64,000 nt of DNA from Chiloscyllium plagiosum (Eukaryota). Both the position numbers and the translations under genes were made by a program. A model generated the notes under the pieces. It was not told the DNA's origin, did not search any database, and saw nothing but the letters and a program-made list of their open reading frames with translations. The DNA lies in assembly GCF_004010195.1 (NCBI RefSeq), contig NC_057719.1, forward strand, positions 89,038,649 to 89,102,648, read 5' to 3'. Below, one piece after another: positions 24,311 to 36,153 of the stretch (positions are counted from its first letter, which is position 1; the number at the start of each line of letters is the position of its first letter).

Positions 24311-25995
24311 AAAGCTAACGTGTCCCTACAGCATGCCTCTGGCCTAAACGCTGCCACCCTGCTCCCACTCATTCGGAACGGTATTGCAGACGACCATGGC
24401 TGTTTAGACGTCGTACAACAGGTCATCACCCCACACCCTGACCTCTCTGAAACACCTGTAGACAACCCTGACCTCATACTCTTTATGGATAGCTGCTCCT
24501 TCAGGCCCGCGGACAACTGTACACTGGCAGAGTATGCCTTATGCACCCCTTTCACAATCCTGGCATCAGCTGTGCTACCAGATGGCACATCCATACAGCT
24601 GTTCATACTCACTAGGGTTTGCATCATTGCAAAGGATCACACAGCCAACATTTACATTGACTCCAGGTAAGCCTTTGGAGTCGTTCACGACTTTGGCACA
24701 CTCTGGAAACTTCAACAGGGAGGCCACTACAGCATGCTGTGCTCACCTCCAACCTCCTGGAAGCAGTCCTGTTACCCTCCGCCCTGGCGATAATAAAATG
24801 CACTGCCTGTACCTCTGCCACTCACCCTGTCACCCTCGGGAATGCCTCAGCAGACACAGCAGCCCGCTCTCAGAATAGCGAAGGCTCCAGTACTCCCTGA
24901 CCCCATGGAGGCAGTGCAGGCTGTCCAACAGGCCGCTCCACTGCAAGAAAAGGACATTGGGGCCAAGCAGTCACCTACCTGACAGCTGCTTGTACACCCC
25001 AATGGCTGCATCATTTGCCCAAGAGCCCACCTGCACCCACTTGGCCCTAGCAGTCCACAGCATTGGCCATATGGGCCACATGTTACACACTGTCACGTGA
25101 TCCTGGTATGCAATGGATTCGCTGCTGCTGCCCAAGCCCTGCTGTCACAGTGCCTCATTTGCCTGCAGAACAATGCAGGAAAGCCTGTTGCCAGGTATGG
25201 CCACTTATCAGTTCCTGAGGGGCCTTTCAACCACTTGCAGATCGACGTACCCCAAAAACAGGGTAACAAATAGATCCATGTCATCATCGACATGTTCTCT
25301 AAATGGGTGGAGATTTTCCCCACAAGAAAGGATGATGCACAGACAGTGGTAAAACACCTCCTAAGTGAGGTCATCCCCAGATTTGAATTCCCTGATAACA
25401 TAGAGACAGACAGGGGGGTTCACTTCACTGCTTGGCTCACGACTGGCATTAGCGAGGCACTAGGGATACTGTAGTGACACCACATGCCCTACCAACCCCA
25501 GACGTTAGGCATGGTCCAACGGATGAATGGTACCCTTTAAACCACACTGACCAAGGTCACCCAAGACACAGGACTGAGCTGGCCAGACGCCTTGCCACTA
25601 GCTCTTCACACTATACTTGGCCAGGCAAACCATACAAGTGGGCTCATCCCTTTTGACATGCTCATGGGGCGATCTATGCCCAGTGCTGCAAGGGCCCCAA
25701 AGCTCTCCATGCCCACAGCCTTCTCCTGCTGAATTATGTACAAGCCCTTAGCAGAAGCAGTAATGTAAAGCATGGCCAGGTCAGAGCCACTCTGCCCACA
25801 CCCCAACCAGTGCCACTTCGTCCGTTCCGACCCGGGAACTATGTCATGATAATATTACTGGAAAAGGACTCTCTCTCTCTCTCTCTCTTTCCCCTCAGTG
25901 GAAAAGCCCATACCTGATCCTGCTGATGACCCGGACAGCTGTAAAAGTGGGAGGACGGCCCAAATGGACACATGCCACATGTTGCAAGAGAGCTC
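24311..25995 (+). pseudogene. pol: ERV pol 3' half: RT connection/RNase H and integrase
   Basis: 'LNAATLLP', 'HGCL', 'PDLSETPVDNPDLILFMD', 'NIYIDSR*AFG'; integrase 'CLIC', 'PFNHLQID', 'DMFSKWVEIFP', 'IETDRGVHF'; GPY-like C-terminus 'WKSPY.ILLMTRTAVKV'. Confidence 0.9.
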
Positions 25996-26391
25996 CACTT
26001 CCAGTCCAGACAGGAGAATGCACCACTCGGAAAACCAAGGATGGATCCAGCTGCTCACTGTAGCCATCACCATTGTCACCCTCTGCTTGACCTGTCTAAC
26101 CATCACACTGTGGCTTGCCGGTAAAACAGGGACAAGGGGCGAGACATTTAATGATCCACTGGTGCTCGGTCTGCACTCAAGTCCCCGTCCATTCCCTTAG
26201 CTTCTATCCCCTTCAACAAGGACATGGAAGATATAGAATGTCTGGAAGTAGATGGTGACATCTTGAAAAATGTCCATATTTCAGAAGAGGAAGTGCGGGA
26301 TGTCTTGAAACACATAAAAGTGGATAAATCCTCAGGATCTGATCAGGTGTACGCTAGACTCTGTGGGAAGCTAGGGAAGTGATTGTTGGGC

Positions 26392-26625
26392 TGAAAATGT
26401 GTTGCTGGAAAACTGCAGCAGGTCAGGCAGCATCCAAGGAGCAGGAGAATCGATGTTTCGGGCACAAGCCCTTCTTCAGGAATCTTGGAAGAAGGGCTTC
26501 CTGAAGAAGGGCTTGTGCCCGAAACGTCGATTCTCATGCTCCTTGGATGCTGCCTAACCTGCTGCGCTTTTCCAGCAACACATTTTCAGCTCTGATCTCC
26601 AGCATCTGCAGTCCTCACTTTCTCC
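26392..26625. mobile_element. Head-to-head (palindromic) PLE family A mini-insertion with two hammerhead motifs
   Basis: TSD AAGTGATTGTTGGGC (26377-26391) / AAGTGATTGCTGGGC (26626-26640); motifs at 26452-26479 (-) and 26501-26528 (+). Confidence 0.85.
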
Positions 26626-27662
26626 AAGTGATTGCTGGGCCCCTTGCTGAGATATTTGTGTCATTGATAGTCACAGGTGAGGTGCCAGAAGGCTGGAGAT
26701 TAGCTAGCGTGGTGCCACTGTTTAAGAAAGGTTGTAAGGACAAGACAGGAAACTATAGACCAGTGAGGTCTGATGTCAGTGGTGGCAAGTGGTTGGAGGG
26801 AATCCTGAGGGAGAGGATGTACATGTATTTGGAAAGGCAAGGACTGATTAGGGATAGTCAACATGGCTTGGTGCGTGGGAAATCATGTCTCACAAACTTG
26901 TTTGAGTTTTTTGAGGCAGTAACAAAGAAGATTGATGAGACAGAATGGTGGACGTGATCGTTATGGACTTCAGTAAGGTGTTCGCCAAGGTTCCCCATGG
27001 GAGACTGGTTAGGAAGGTTAGGTCTCAAGGACTACAGGGGGAGCTAGTCATTTGGATATAGAACTCGCTCAAAGGTAGAAGGTTGTGGTGGAGGGTTGTT
27101 TTTCAGACTGGAGGCCAGTGACCAGTGGAGTGCCACAAGGTTTGGTGATGGGCCCATTACTTTTCATCATTTATATAAATGATTTGGATGTGAATATAGG
27201 AGGTATACTTAGTAAGTTTGCAGATTACACCAAAATTGGAGGTGTAGTGGACACCGAAGAGGGTTACCTCAGACTACAACGGGATCTTGATCAATGGGCC
27301 AATGGGCTAAGAAGTGCCAGATGGAGTTAATTTAGATAAATGTGAGATGCTGTATTTTGGGAAAACAAATCTTAGCAGGACTTATACACTTACTGGTAAA
27401 TTCCTAGGGAGTGTTGCTGAATAAAGAGACCTAGGAGTGCAGGTTCATAAGTTGTTGAAAGTGGAATTACAGGCAGACAGGATAGTGAAGAAGGTGTTCG
27501 GTATGCTTTCCTTTATTGGTCAGAATAGTGAGTACAGGAGTTGGGAGGTTATATAGTGGCTGTACAGGACGTTGGTTAGACCACTGTTGGAATATTGCGT
27601 GCAGTTCTGGCCTCCTTCCTATTGGAAAGATGTTGTGAAAATTGAAAGGGTTCAGAAAAGAT

Positions 27663-27935
27663 TTAGATTAAATTACTTGCAGTGTGGAAACAGGCCTTTC
27701 AGCCTAACAAGTCCACACCACCTCACCGAAGAGCAACCCACCCATTCTCCCCTCTACCTAACACTATGGGCAATTTACCCTTAATCTGCACATTTTTGGA
27801 CTGTGGGAGGAAACCAGAGCACCTGGAGGAAACCCACGCAGACACTGGGAGAATGTGCAAACTCCACACAGACAGTTGCCTGAGGCAGGAATTGAACCCG
27901 GGTTTCTGGCGCTGTGAGGCAGCAGTGCTAACCAC
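27663..27935 (-). mobile_element. HE1-like SINE nested in CR1
   Basis: Reverse complement of the SINE at 22284-22590. Confidence 0.88.
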
Positions 27936-29617
27936 CCATCCATTTACAAGGACGTTGTCAGGGTTGGAGGATTTGAGCTATAGGGAGAGGTTGAACAGGC
28001 TAAGGCAGTTTTTCCTGGAGCATCGGAGGCTGAGGGGTGACCTTAGAGGTTGACAAAAGCATGGGTATGGATAGGATAAATAGACAACGATTTTTCCCTG
28101 GGGTGGGAGAGTCCAGAACTAGAGGGAATAGGTTTAGGGTCGGGGGAAAGAGATAAAAGAGGCCTCAGGGACAACCTTTTCACACGGGTGGTATGTGTAT
28201 GGAATGAGCTGCCAGAGAAAGTGATGGAGGCTGGTACATTTGCAACATTTAATAGGCATCTGGATATATGAATAGGAAGGGTTTGGAGGGATATGAGCCA
28301 GATGCTGGCAGGTGGGACTCGATTGGGTTGACCTATCTGGTCAGCGTGGCCGAGTTGGACTGAAGGGTCTGTTTCCGTGCTGTATACCTCTATAACTCTA
28401 TGACTCTGTGTCCGATATGGCGGATTGGTAGCTGGAACCAAATAGATACCCTGAGGTTGCCACATTCAAAATATCACCTGCAATACTGGGACAACAGCCC
28501 AGCTCACTGCAGATCTGCGGGGTACCACCTGAACAAATGTAAAGGGTGCTTTTACCCATATGCCCTCAGCCCTAACCATTGCTGGCACCACCAAACAGGG
28601 GCCACTTGCAGGATCCGTCTGTTTAAAAGGGCATACAGCCATCCGGATGGGAGGTTGGCTGGAGTAGGTGCACTGACTCCCTGCTCCTTAATCCCGCAGC
28701 ATGACGATCCTTGACAGAAGGAAGCATATTAAACCTACAGCTCCTCAACAGGGCCACCCAGAATACTACCTCCCCCACCATCTGGATAGGTACCTAAACG
28801 CGGACCTACAATGGCACCTATTTTATCTGTGGCCATAAAGCCTACCCCTGGCTGCCATTGTCCTGGGCTAGGAGCTGCTATGTTGGGTACACGGTACCCA
28901 TTCATCTATCACTCCCAGTCTCCTCGCTTCGCAAAGCCCATGACCCACAGCAAACGAACCCTCGCTGCCATTGATGCAGCTGTCTACCTGATGGCACCCT
29001 CTATGCAACCCTGCAGTTGCATGGAGAAGCCCACAAACTCACCACCACACAAACAGAGGTGGTGAATTCCACAGTTGAGGCACTCTCCCAGCTGAATGCA
29101 GAAGCTGTTGCTAGTTGCCCTGTGGCCCTGCAAAACAGGATGGCCTTAGACTACCTGCTCGCTGCAAAAGGGGGCACATGCACCCTCATTAGGTGCAGCA
29201 GTCAGCAGCACATTCCTGACGCCAACGAAAACATCACAGACCTGGCCCAGCATATCCGGCAGGTGGCTTCTGTCCTGCATGATCAGAACTACCACTGGGA
29301 CTAAGGGGACTGGGCTACCTCCTGGCTGGGCTCATGGGGCACAGTCTTGCTACAGGGACTGATAGCCTTCATTGCTGGGATTGTGGCGCTGGCCATGGCC
29401 ATCTGACTGTGCTGTTCACGCCGGTGGCAATACTACTGCCCTCTGTCCCCCTCATCACTCAGCTAGTACAGATCCACTGTGGCAACATCCCTGCCACTGG
29501 GACAACCTCTGCTGAATTGGACACACACCGAGGACTATCGGTCTGAAGCTAAACCCACCCCCAACCATTCCCCTGGATCCAACTACATTGCCCCCTTCTC
29601 ATCCCTCCCTTAAAACT

Positions 29618-30060
29618 AAAAATAGGGAGAATTATGGGAAAAGATCTGCCACCCACAGCATCACCACACACAACGCAGAAAATCAAGCGTGTCCAAACCA
29701 TACAAGGAACACCCAGAATGCCTCAGTACTGACCAAACAGGCTGACAAGGAAAACCAGATATGACCACAGTCACTCGCAGACTGGGGAATACACTTCCCA
29801 AGACAACCTGACAATAAGCTTCTTGGACCCAATAAACACTGCTGTCCCAAAGCCTGAAGGGCAGTCTCATATCCCAATGATACCAAAGCTACACAAAGGA
29901 CAGGTCAGATGGAGAGGCACCAGAGTAGTGCCCCTTAGATCTCTTTTATATCTTTTTCCCCCCTCACTCTAAACCTGTGTCCTCTAGTTCTGGACTCTCT
30001 CACAGGAGAGCAGCAATGGGAACAGCTCACTGCCAAGAAAAGGGACTTTCCCACCTATCC
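29618..30060 (+). repeat. Polypurine tract and probable truncated 3' LTR of the ERV
   Basis: AAAAATAGGGAGAA about 70 bp downstream of the env remnant, followed by non-coding sequence interrupted and cut by CR1 fragments. Confidence 0.55.
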
Positions 30061-30064
30061 TCAA

Positions 30065-30272
30065 AACTTGATTGAGTTTTTTGAAGAAGTAAGTAACAAA
30101 GAGGATTGATGAGGGCAGAGCGGTAGATGTGATCTATATGGACTTCAGTAAGGCATTCGACAAGGTTCCCCATGGGAGACTGATTAGCAAGGTTATATCT
30201 CATGGAGTACAGGGAAAACTAGCCATTTGGATACAGAACTGGCTCGGAAAGATAGAAGACAGAGGGTGGTGG
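30065..30272 (+). mobile_element. CR1 RT fragment
   Basis: 'IYMDFSKAFDKVPHGRL..WIQNWL'. Confidence 0.85.
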
Positions 30273-30800
30273 TGTAGAACTCTGCGCTCAAAAACTGCGG
30301 AGTTACATTGTACTTTGCTCAAAAACTGCATGCATTCATGTAGAACTCTGAGCTCAAAAACTGTGTGAATTTATGTAAAACTCTGTTATCTCACTTTTTA
30401 GATTAGAATCAATCTAAACATCATGGCATAGACAGAGAACACAGAGGGCCAACACCTTCAACATATTGTCTAGCTATCACCATTGTTAACAGCTAACCCG
30501 AGAATGCAACTTTAAAAAAAAGGTTTTGTGATTTACACATGAAACAAGTGAAATGATCACTGTATTCTAACAGATGAAAGGCTTAACAGACAATCAATTT
30601 TTCAATGTATAATTTCAGTTACATCACACTTAAATTTTTGCTATATATTCTGTTACGATCGAGCCCTCCACTATCACCTGATGATGGAGCGTCGCTCCGA
30701 AAGCTAGTGTGTTTCCAATTAAACCTGTTGGACTATAACCTGGTGTTGTGTGATTTTTAACTTTGTACACCCCAGTCCAACACCGGCATCTCTAAATCAT
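30273..30800 (+). mobile_element. ORF-less PLE-type terminal repeat (family B)
   Basis: Highly similar to 52063-52560 and, inverted, to 50401-50720; carries a hammerhead motif. Confidence 0.75.
30675..30709 (+). ncRNA. Minimal type I hammerhead ribozyme motif (family B)
   Basis: cac-CTGATGA-T-GGAGC GTC GCTCC-GAAA-GC-TA-gtg. Confidence 0.75.
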
Positions 30801-32895
30801 GTATATTATGGAGAGCAGCAGCGTCTGTCGATAATATGGAGAAAACCAGCCCTCTGTGTTTCTCATTGAGAATGACAGTCCCTGTGTGTGTTGTAGAGAA
30901 CAGCAGTGCCTGAACATATTATAGAGAACATAGTGCTCATGTATATTATGGAGAACAGCAATCACTGTCTACATAATGGACAACAGCAGTCCCTGGGTTT
31001 ATTACAGAGAACAGCAGTCCCTGTGTATACAACGCAGTCTCAGTGTATATCATAAAGAACAGCAGCCTCTCTGTATATTATTGAGAACAGCATTCCCTGT
31101 ATATATTATACGGGACTGCAATCCCAGTAAATATTGTTGAGAAGAGCGGTGCCTGCCTATATGACAGAGAACCCCAGTCCCTGTCTATATTGTAGAGAAC
31201 GGCAGTCCCTCTCTATGCTATAGAGAACAGGTGTCACGATGAACGTTATGGAGAACTATAGAATCTGTTTAATGTATAGAGAACAGGAGTGTCTGCCAAC
31301 ATTATAGAGCAGAGCTTCCCTGAGTGTATTATTGAGAAGAGCAGTCCCTGTGTCTAATATAGAGAACAGTAGTCACTGTGCACATTATAGAGAACAGCAG
31401 TCCCTGTGTATGTTAAAGAGATTGGCAGTGCTTGTATATTATAGAGATCAGCGGTCCCAATGTAAATTATAGAGAACAACACTCCCTGTGAACAATATAG
31501 AGAACAGCAGTCCCTTTATATATCATATAGAGCAGAGGTGCCTGTTCATATTAGGGAGAACAGCAGTCCCTGTGTATAATATAGAGAACTGCAAACCCTA
31601 TGTATATTATAGAGAACAGCTGTCCCTGTGTATATTATAGAGAACAGCAGTCCATGTCTATATTATAGAAATCAGCAAAGTCTGTATAATTTACAGAGAA
31701 CAGCACTCCCTGTCGATACTCTAGAGAACAGCTGTCCCTATCTATATAAAAGACAACAGGAGTCCCTTTCTATATTATAGAGAACAGCAGCCCCCACATA
31801 TAACGTAGAGAACAGCAGTCCCTGTGGATAATGTAGAGAACAGCAGTCCCTACATATATTGAACAGAACCGCTGTCCCTGTGTATACTACATAGAACTAT
31901 ACCGATCTATATTATAGAAAACATCAAGGCCTGTATAGTTAATAGAGATCAGCAGTCTCTGTATATAGTATAGATAACAGCAGTCCCTGTGTATATTATT
32001 ATAGAGAACTGCAAACCCTGTATATAGTACAGAGTAGAGCAGTCACTGTATATTATGTTGAACAGCCAGCGTATATGATAGAGAGCAGCAGGCCCTGTGT
32101 ATAATATAGAGAACAGCAGGCACTGTGTATATTATACAGAACAGCAGGCACAGTGTACATTAGAGAGAACAGCAATGTCTGTATATTGCAGACAACAGCA
32201 GTTCCTGGGTATATTCTACAGAACAACAGTCACTATGTACAGTATGGAGAACAGCAGTTCCACTGTATATTATAGAGAACTGCAGTCCCTGTGAATATTA
32301 TGAGGTGCAGAATTCCCTGTGCATAATATAGAGAACAGCAGCCACTGTTTACATTATAGAGAACAGCAGTCCCTGTGTATATTACAGAGAACAGCAGTTC
32401 CTGTGTTTTTTCAGAGAACAGCAGTGCCTGTGTATATTACAGAGAACAGCAGTCCTTGCGTGTATTATGCAGAACAGCAGTGTTTGTGTATGTTACAGAG
32501 AACAGCAGTTCCTGTGTATATTCTAGAGAACAGCAGTCCCTGTGTACAGTATAGAGAACAGCAGTCACCTGTATATTATAGAGAAGAGCAGTCCCTATGT
32601 ATATTTTCAGGTACAGCAGTCCTGCCAAATTTATAGTGAACATCAATCCCTATGCATGTTAGAGAGACTAGCAGTCGATTGTCAGTTGGAGAGAACAGCA
32701 GTCGCTGTGTATATTATAAAGAAAAGCAGTCCCTGTCTATATAACAGAGAACAGCAGTCCCTATGCATATTACAGAGTACAATATTGCCTGTGTATATTA
32801 CACAGAACAGGAATCACTGTCTATATTTTAGAAAACAGCAGTCCCTATGTATATTATAGAGAACAGCTTTCCCTGGATATATAATATAGAACACC
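30801..32895 (+). repeat. Diverged 28-bp tandem satellite/minisatellite
   Basis: Consensus AGAGAACAGCAGTCCCTGTGTATATTAT repeated over about 2.1 kb. Confidence 0.95.
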
Positions 32896-32899
32896 ATAT

Positions 32900-34255
32900 G
32901 ATAGTGTCATAGAATCATAGAGAAGTGCAGCACTGAAACAGACCCTTCGGTCCAACTTGTCCATGCTGACCAGATATCCCAAACCAATCTAGTCCCACCT
33001 GCCAGCACCTGGCCCATATCCCTCCAAACCCTTCCTACTCATATAACAAAGAAGATTGATGAGGGCAGAGTGGTAGATGTGATCTATATGGATTTCAATT
33101 AGGCGTTCGACAAGGTTCCCCATAAGAGACTGGTTAGCAAGGTTAGATCTCATGGAATACAGGGAGAACTAGCCATTTGCATACAGAACTGGCTCAAAGG
33201 TAGAAGACAGAGGTGGGTTGTTTTTCAGACTGGAGGTCTGTGACCAGTGGAGTGCCACAAGGATCGGTGCTGGGCCCACTATTTATTGTCATTTACATAA
33301 AAGATTTGGATGTGAGCATAAGAGGTGCAGTTAGAAAGTTTGCAGATGACACCAAAATTGGAGATATAGTGGACAACGACGAAGGTTACCTCAGATTACA
33401 ACAGGATCTTGACCAGATGGGCCAATGGGCTGAGAAGTGGCAGATGGAGTTTAATTCAGATAAATGCGAGGTGCTGCATTTTGGGAAAGCAAATCTTAGC
33501 AGGACATATACACTTAATAGTAAGGTCCTCAGGAGTTTTGCTGAACAAAGAGACCTTGGAGTGCAGGTTCATAGCTCCTTGAAAGTGGAGTCACACGTAG
33601 ATAGGATAGTGAAGAAAGTGTTTGGTATGCTTTCCTTTATTGGTCAGAATATTGAGTACAGGATTTGGGAGGTCATATTGTGGCTGTACAAGACATTAGT
33701 TAGACCACTGTTGGAATATTGTGTGCAATTCTGGTGCACACAATATTCCAGAAAGATGTTGTGAAACTTGAAAGGGTTCAGAATATATTTACAAGGATGT
33801 TGTCAGGGTTGGAGGATTTGTGCTATAGAGAGAGGTTGAACAGGCTGGAGCTGTTTTCCTTGGAGCATCAGAGGTAGGGTGACCTTATAGAGGTTTACAA
33901 AATCATGAGGGGCATGGATAGGGTAAATAGAAAAAGTCTTTTCCCTGGGATTGGGGAGTCCAAAACTAGAGGGCATAGGTTTAGGGTGAGAGGGGAAAGA
34001 TATAAAAGAGACCTAAGGTACAACCTTTTCACACAGAGGGTGGTACGGATGTGGAATGAGCTGCCAGAGGAAGTGGTGGAGGCTGGTACAATTGCAACAT
34101 TTAAAAGGCATTCGATGGGTATATGAATAGGAAGTGTTTGGAGGTATATGGGCCTGGTGCTGGCTACATTGGGTCAGGATATTTGGACAGCATGGATGGG
34201 TTGGACTGAATGATCTGTTTCTATGCTGTACATCTCTATAACTCTATGATTCTAA
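32900..34255 (+). mobile_element. CR1 LINE 3' half (33045-34255) preceded by an inverted CR1 3' tail (32900-33043)
   Basis: ORF 33213-33764 'SGVPQGSVLGP..KFADDTK..EYCVQFW'; tail sequence present in both orientations. Confidence 0.88.
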
Positions 34256-34261
34256 GAGTCT

Positions 34262-35300
34262 AGAAGAAAACAGCAAGCCAGTAGGCATCAGAAGGTGGAG
34301 AAGTCAATGTTTTTGGCATAACCCTTCTTCAGGACTGGGGTGGGGATGAGGGGAGTTGCAGATAAAAGGAGGGTTTTGCGTGCTGAGAGGGGTGAAGTGG
34401 TGAGGTAGTGATAGGTGAACACAGGTAAAGTGTATGGCCTGGGTTGGTCAATGGGAGGAATGAATCCAGTTTGTAACTGGAAGGAAGGGTCAGTAAGTGA
34501 AATAGAAGGCTAGAAAGGGAGTCAGGGGATAGGAAGGGGTGTTATTGAAATTGGAGAACCCAGTGTTGAGCTGATTCCTCCAAGTTGTGGTCTGATTCAC
34601 TGTTGCAATGGAGGAGGCCAAGAATGGTAATGTCGGAGAGGGAATGGGAAGGAAATTGAAATGGCAGACGCGGCTGAGATACTGAGCAAACCGTGCCCTT
34701 AGTATACATTTGGTCTCACCAATGTAGAGCAGACTACCTTGGAAGCCTCGGATACAGTAAACTAGGTTGGAGGTAAGGCTGGTGAACCTTTGTCTCACCT
34801 GGAAGGACTGTTTGGGGCCTTGGATAGGGTTGGTGTGACAATAGGTTTTACATCTTTTACGATTGTAGAGAAGGTACTGGGGGGTTCAGGATAGTTGGTG
34901 GGAAGGATGGCACACATCAAGGAGTGACAAAGGCAGCAGTCCGTGCAGAAGGCAGAGGGGTGGGGAGGGGAAAATATTCTAGGTGGTGACGTCGAGTTAG
35001 ATTTGGCAGAAATATTGTAGAACAATGCATTGGATGTGGAAACTAGTGGAGTGGAATGTGAGGACAAGGGGAACCCTAGCTTTAATATATTTAGATGGTG
35101 GGCATGTTTAAAGAAGGGGAGTGAGGAATGACGGAGGTTGTTTGGATGACAGGTGGGGAGGAACACATTCTCCAAAATAGGTGGACATCTGAGATGCTTG
35201 GGAATGGAATGTCTCTTTTTCTGAGCAGATGCAATGGAGATGGAAGAATTGAGGAAACAGGATGGAGTTCTTGCAGGATACTGGGGGAGGAGGTATATAT
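34262..35300 (-). mobile_element. Older Penelope-like element, degenerate
   Basis: 'FTSLTSNLVYCIRG..LLYIGETK'; decayed terminal repeat near 34270-34335. Confidence 0.8.
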
Positions 35301-35930
35301 AGAACATAGTACATAGAACAGCACAGTACAGGCCCTTCAGCCCTCGATGTTGTGCCGAGCTTTTATCCTACTCTAAGATCAAACTTACCTATATACCCTT
35401 CATTATACTATCATCCATGTGTCTATCCCACAGTCGCTTAAATGTCCCAAATGTCTCTGACTCTACTACCATTGCTGGCAGTGCATTCCACATTCCAACT
35501 ACTCTCTGTGTAAAGAACCCACCTTTGACATCTCTCCTAAAGCTTCCTCCAATCACCTTAAAATTATGCCCCTTGTGATAGACATTTCTGCCCTGGGAAA
35601 AATATCTCTGGCTTGATCTATGCCTCTCATCATCTTGTAACCTCTATCCATCCTTGTAACCTCCCATCCTTCTTCACAGATGAGAAAAGCCTTAGCTCCC
35701 TCAACCTTTCTTCATAAGACATGCCCTCCAGTCCAGGCAGCATCCTGAAAATCTCCTCTCCACCCTCTCTAAAGCTTCCACATCCTTCTGATAATGAACT
35801 GGACGCAATATTCCAAATAATCAAAGCTCTTTATAGCTGCAGCATAACCTCGTGGTTCTTAAACTTAATCCCCCTGCTAATGAAAGTCAACATACCATAT
35901 GCCTTCTTAACAACCCTATCAACTTGGGTG

Positions 35931-36153
35931 AGAAAGTGAGGACTACAGATGCTGGAGATCAGAGCTGAAAATGTGTTGCTGGAAAAGCGCAGCAGGTCAG
36001 GCAGCATCCAAGGAACAGGAGAATCGACGTTTCGGGCATAAGCCCTTCTTCAGGAATGATTCCTGAAGAAGGGCTTATGCCCGAAACGTCAATTTTCCTG
36101 TTCCTTGGATGCTGCCTGACCTGCTGCGCTTTTCCAGCAACACATTTTCAGCT
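35931..36153. mobile_element. Near-perfect palindromic PLE family A mini-insertion with two intact hammerhead cores
   Basis: Perfect 15-bp TSD CTATCAACTTGGGTG (35916-35930 / 36154-36168); arms of about 97 bp centred on 36058; motifs at 36026-36053 (-) and 36063-36090 (+). Confidence 0.9.

Larger units (their letters stand above)
26221..28408 (+). mobile_element. CR1-clade LINE inserted in env
   Basis: 'VVPLFKKG.KDK.GNYRPV', 'KSCLTNL', 'SGVPQG', 'KFADYTK', 'EYCVQFW'; CTCTATAACTCTATGACTCT tail. Confidence 0.92.
26018..29546 (+). pseudogene. env: ERV env (signal/SU start 26018-26220; SU end and TM 28409-29546), split by a CR1 insertion
   Basis: Hydrophobic leader 'LLTVAITIVTLCLTCLTITLWL'; CxxC 'WCSVC'; degenerate furin site 'HSKR'; ISD 'LQNRMALDYLLAAKGGTC'; downstream hydrophobic TM segment; stops and frameshifts. 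Confidence 0.88.
13091..30060 (+). mobile_element. Degenerate class I (gamma/epsilon-like) endogenous retrovirus fragmented by nested insertions
   Basis: Collinear, all on +: leader, myristoylation-type gag start, MHR, RNase H, integrase, env SU/TM with ISD, PPT and LTR start. Confidence 0.9.

Noticed and set aside
28811..29546. Domesticated syncytin-like env gene
   Set aside because: Multiple stops and frameshifts and a 2.2-kb CR1 insertion in SU
30801..32895. CRISPR-like array or repetitive 'YRTAVPVY/ENSSPC' proteins
   Set aside because: Head-to-tail 28-bp units without unique spacers, no cas genes, vertebrate context; the ORFs are by-products of the satellite
30065..33215. CR1 segment present on both sides of the satellite as a large TSD
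   Set aside because: The two segments differ at many sites and are better explained as independent copies of an abundant LINE
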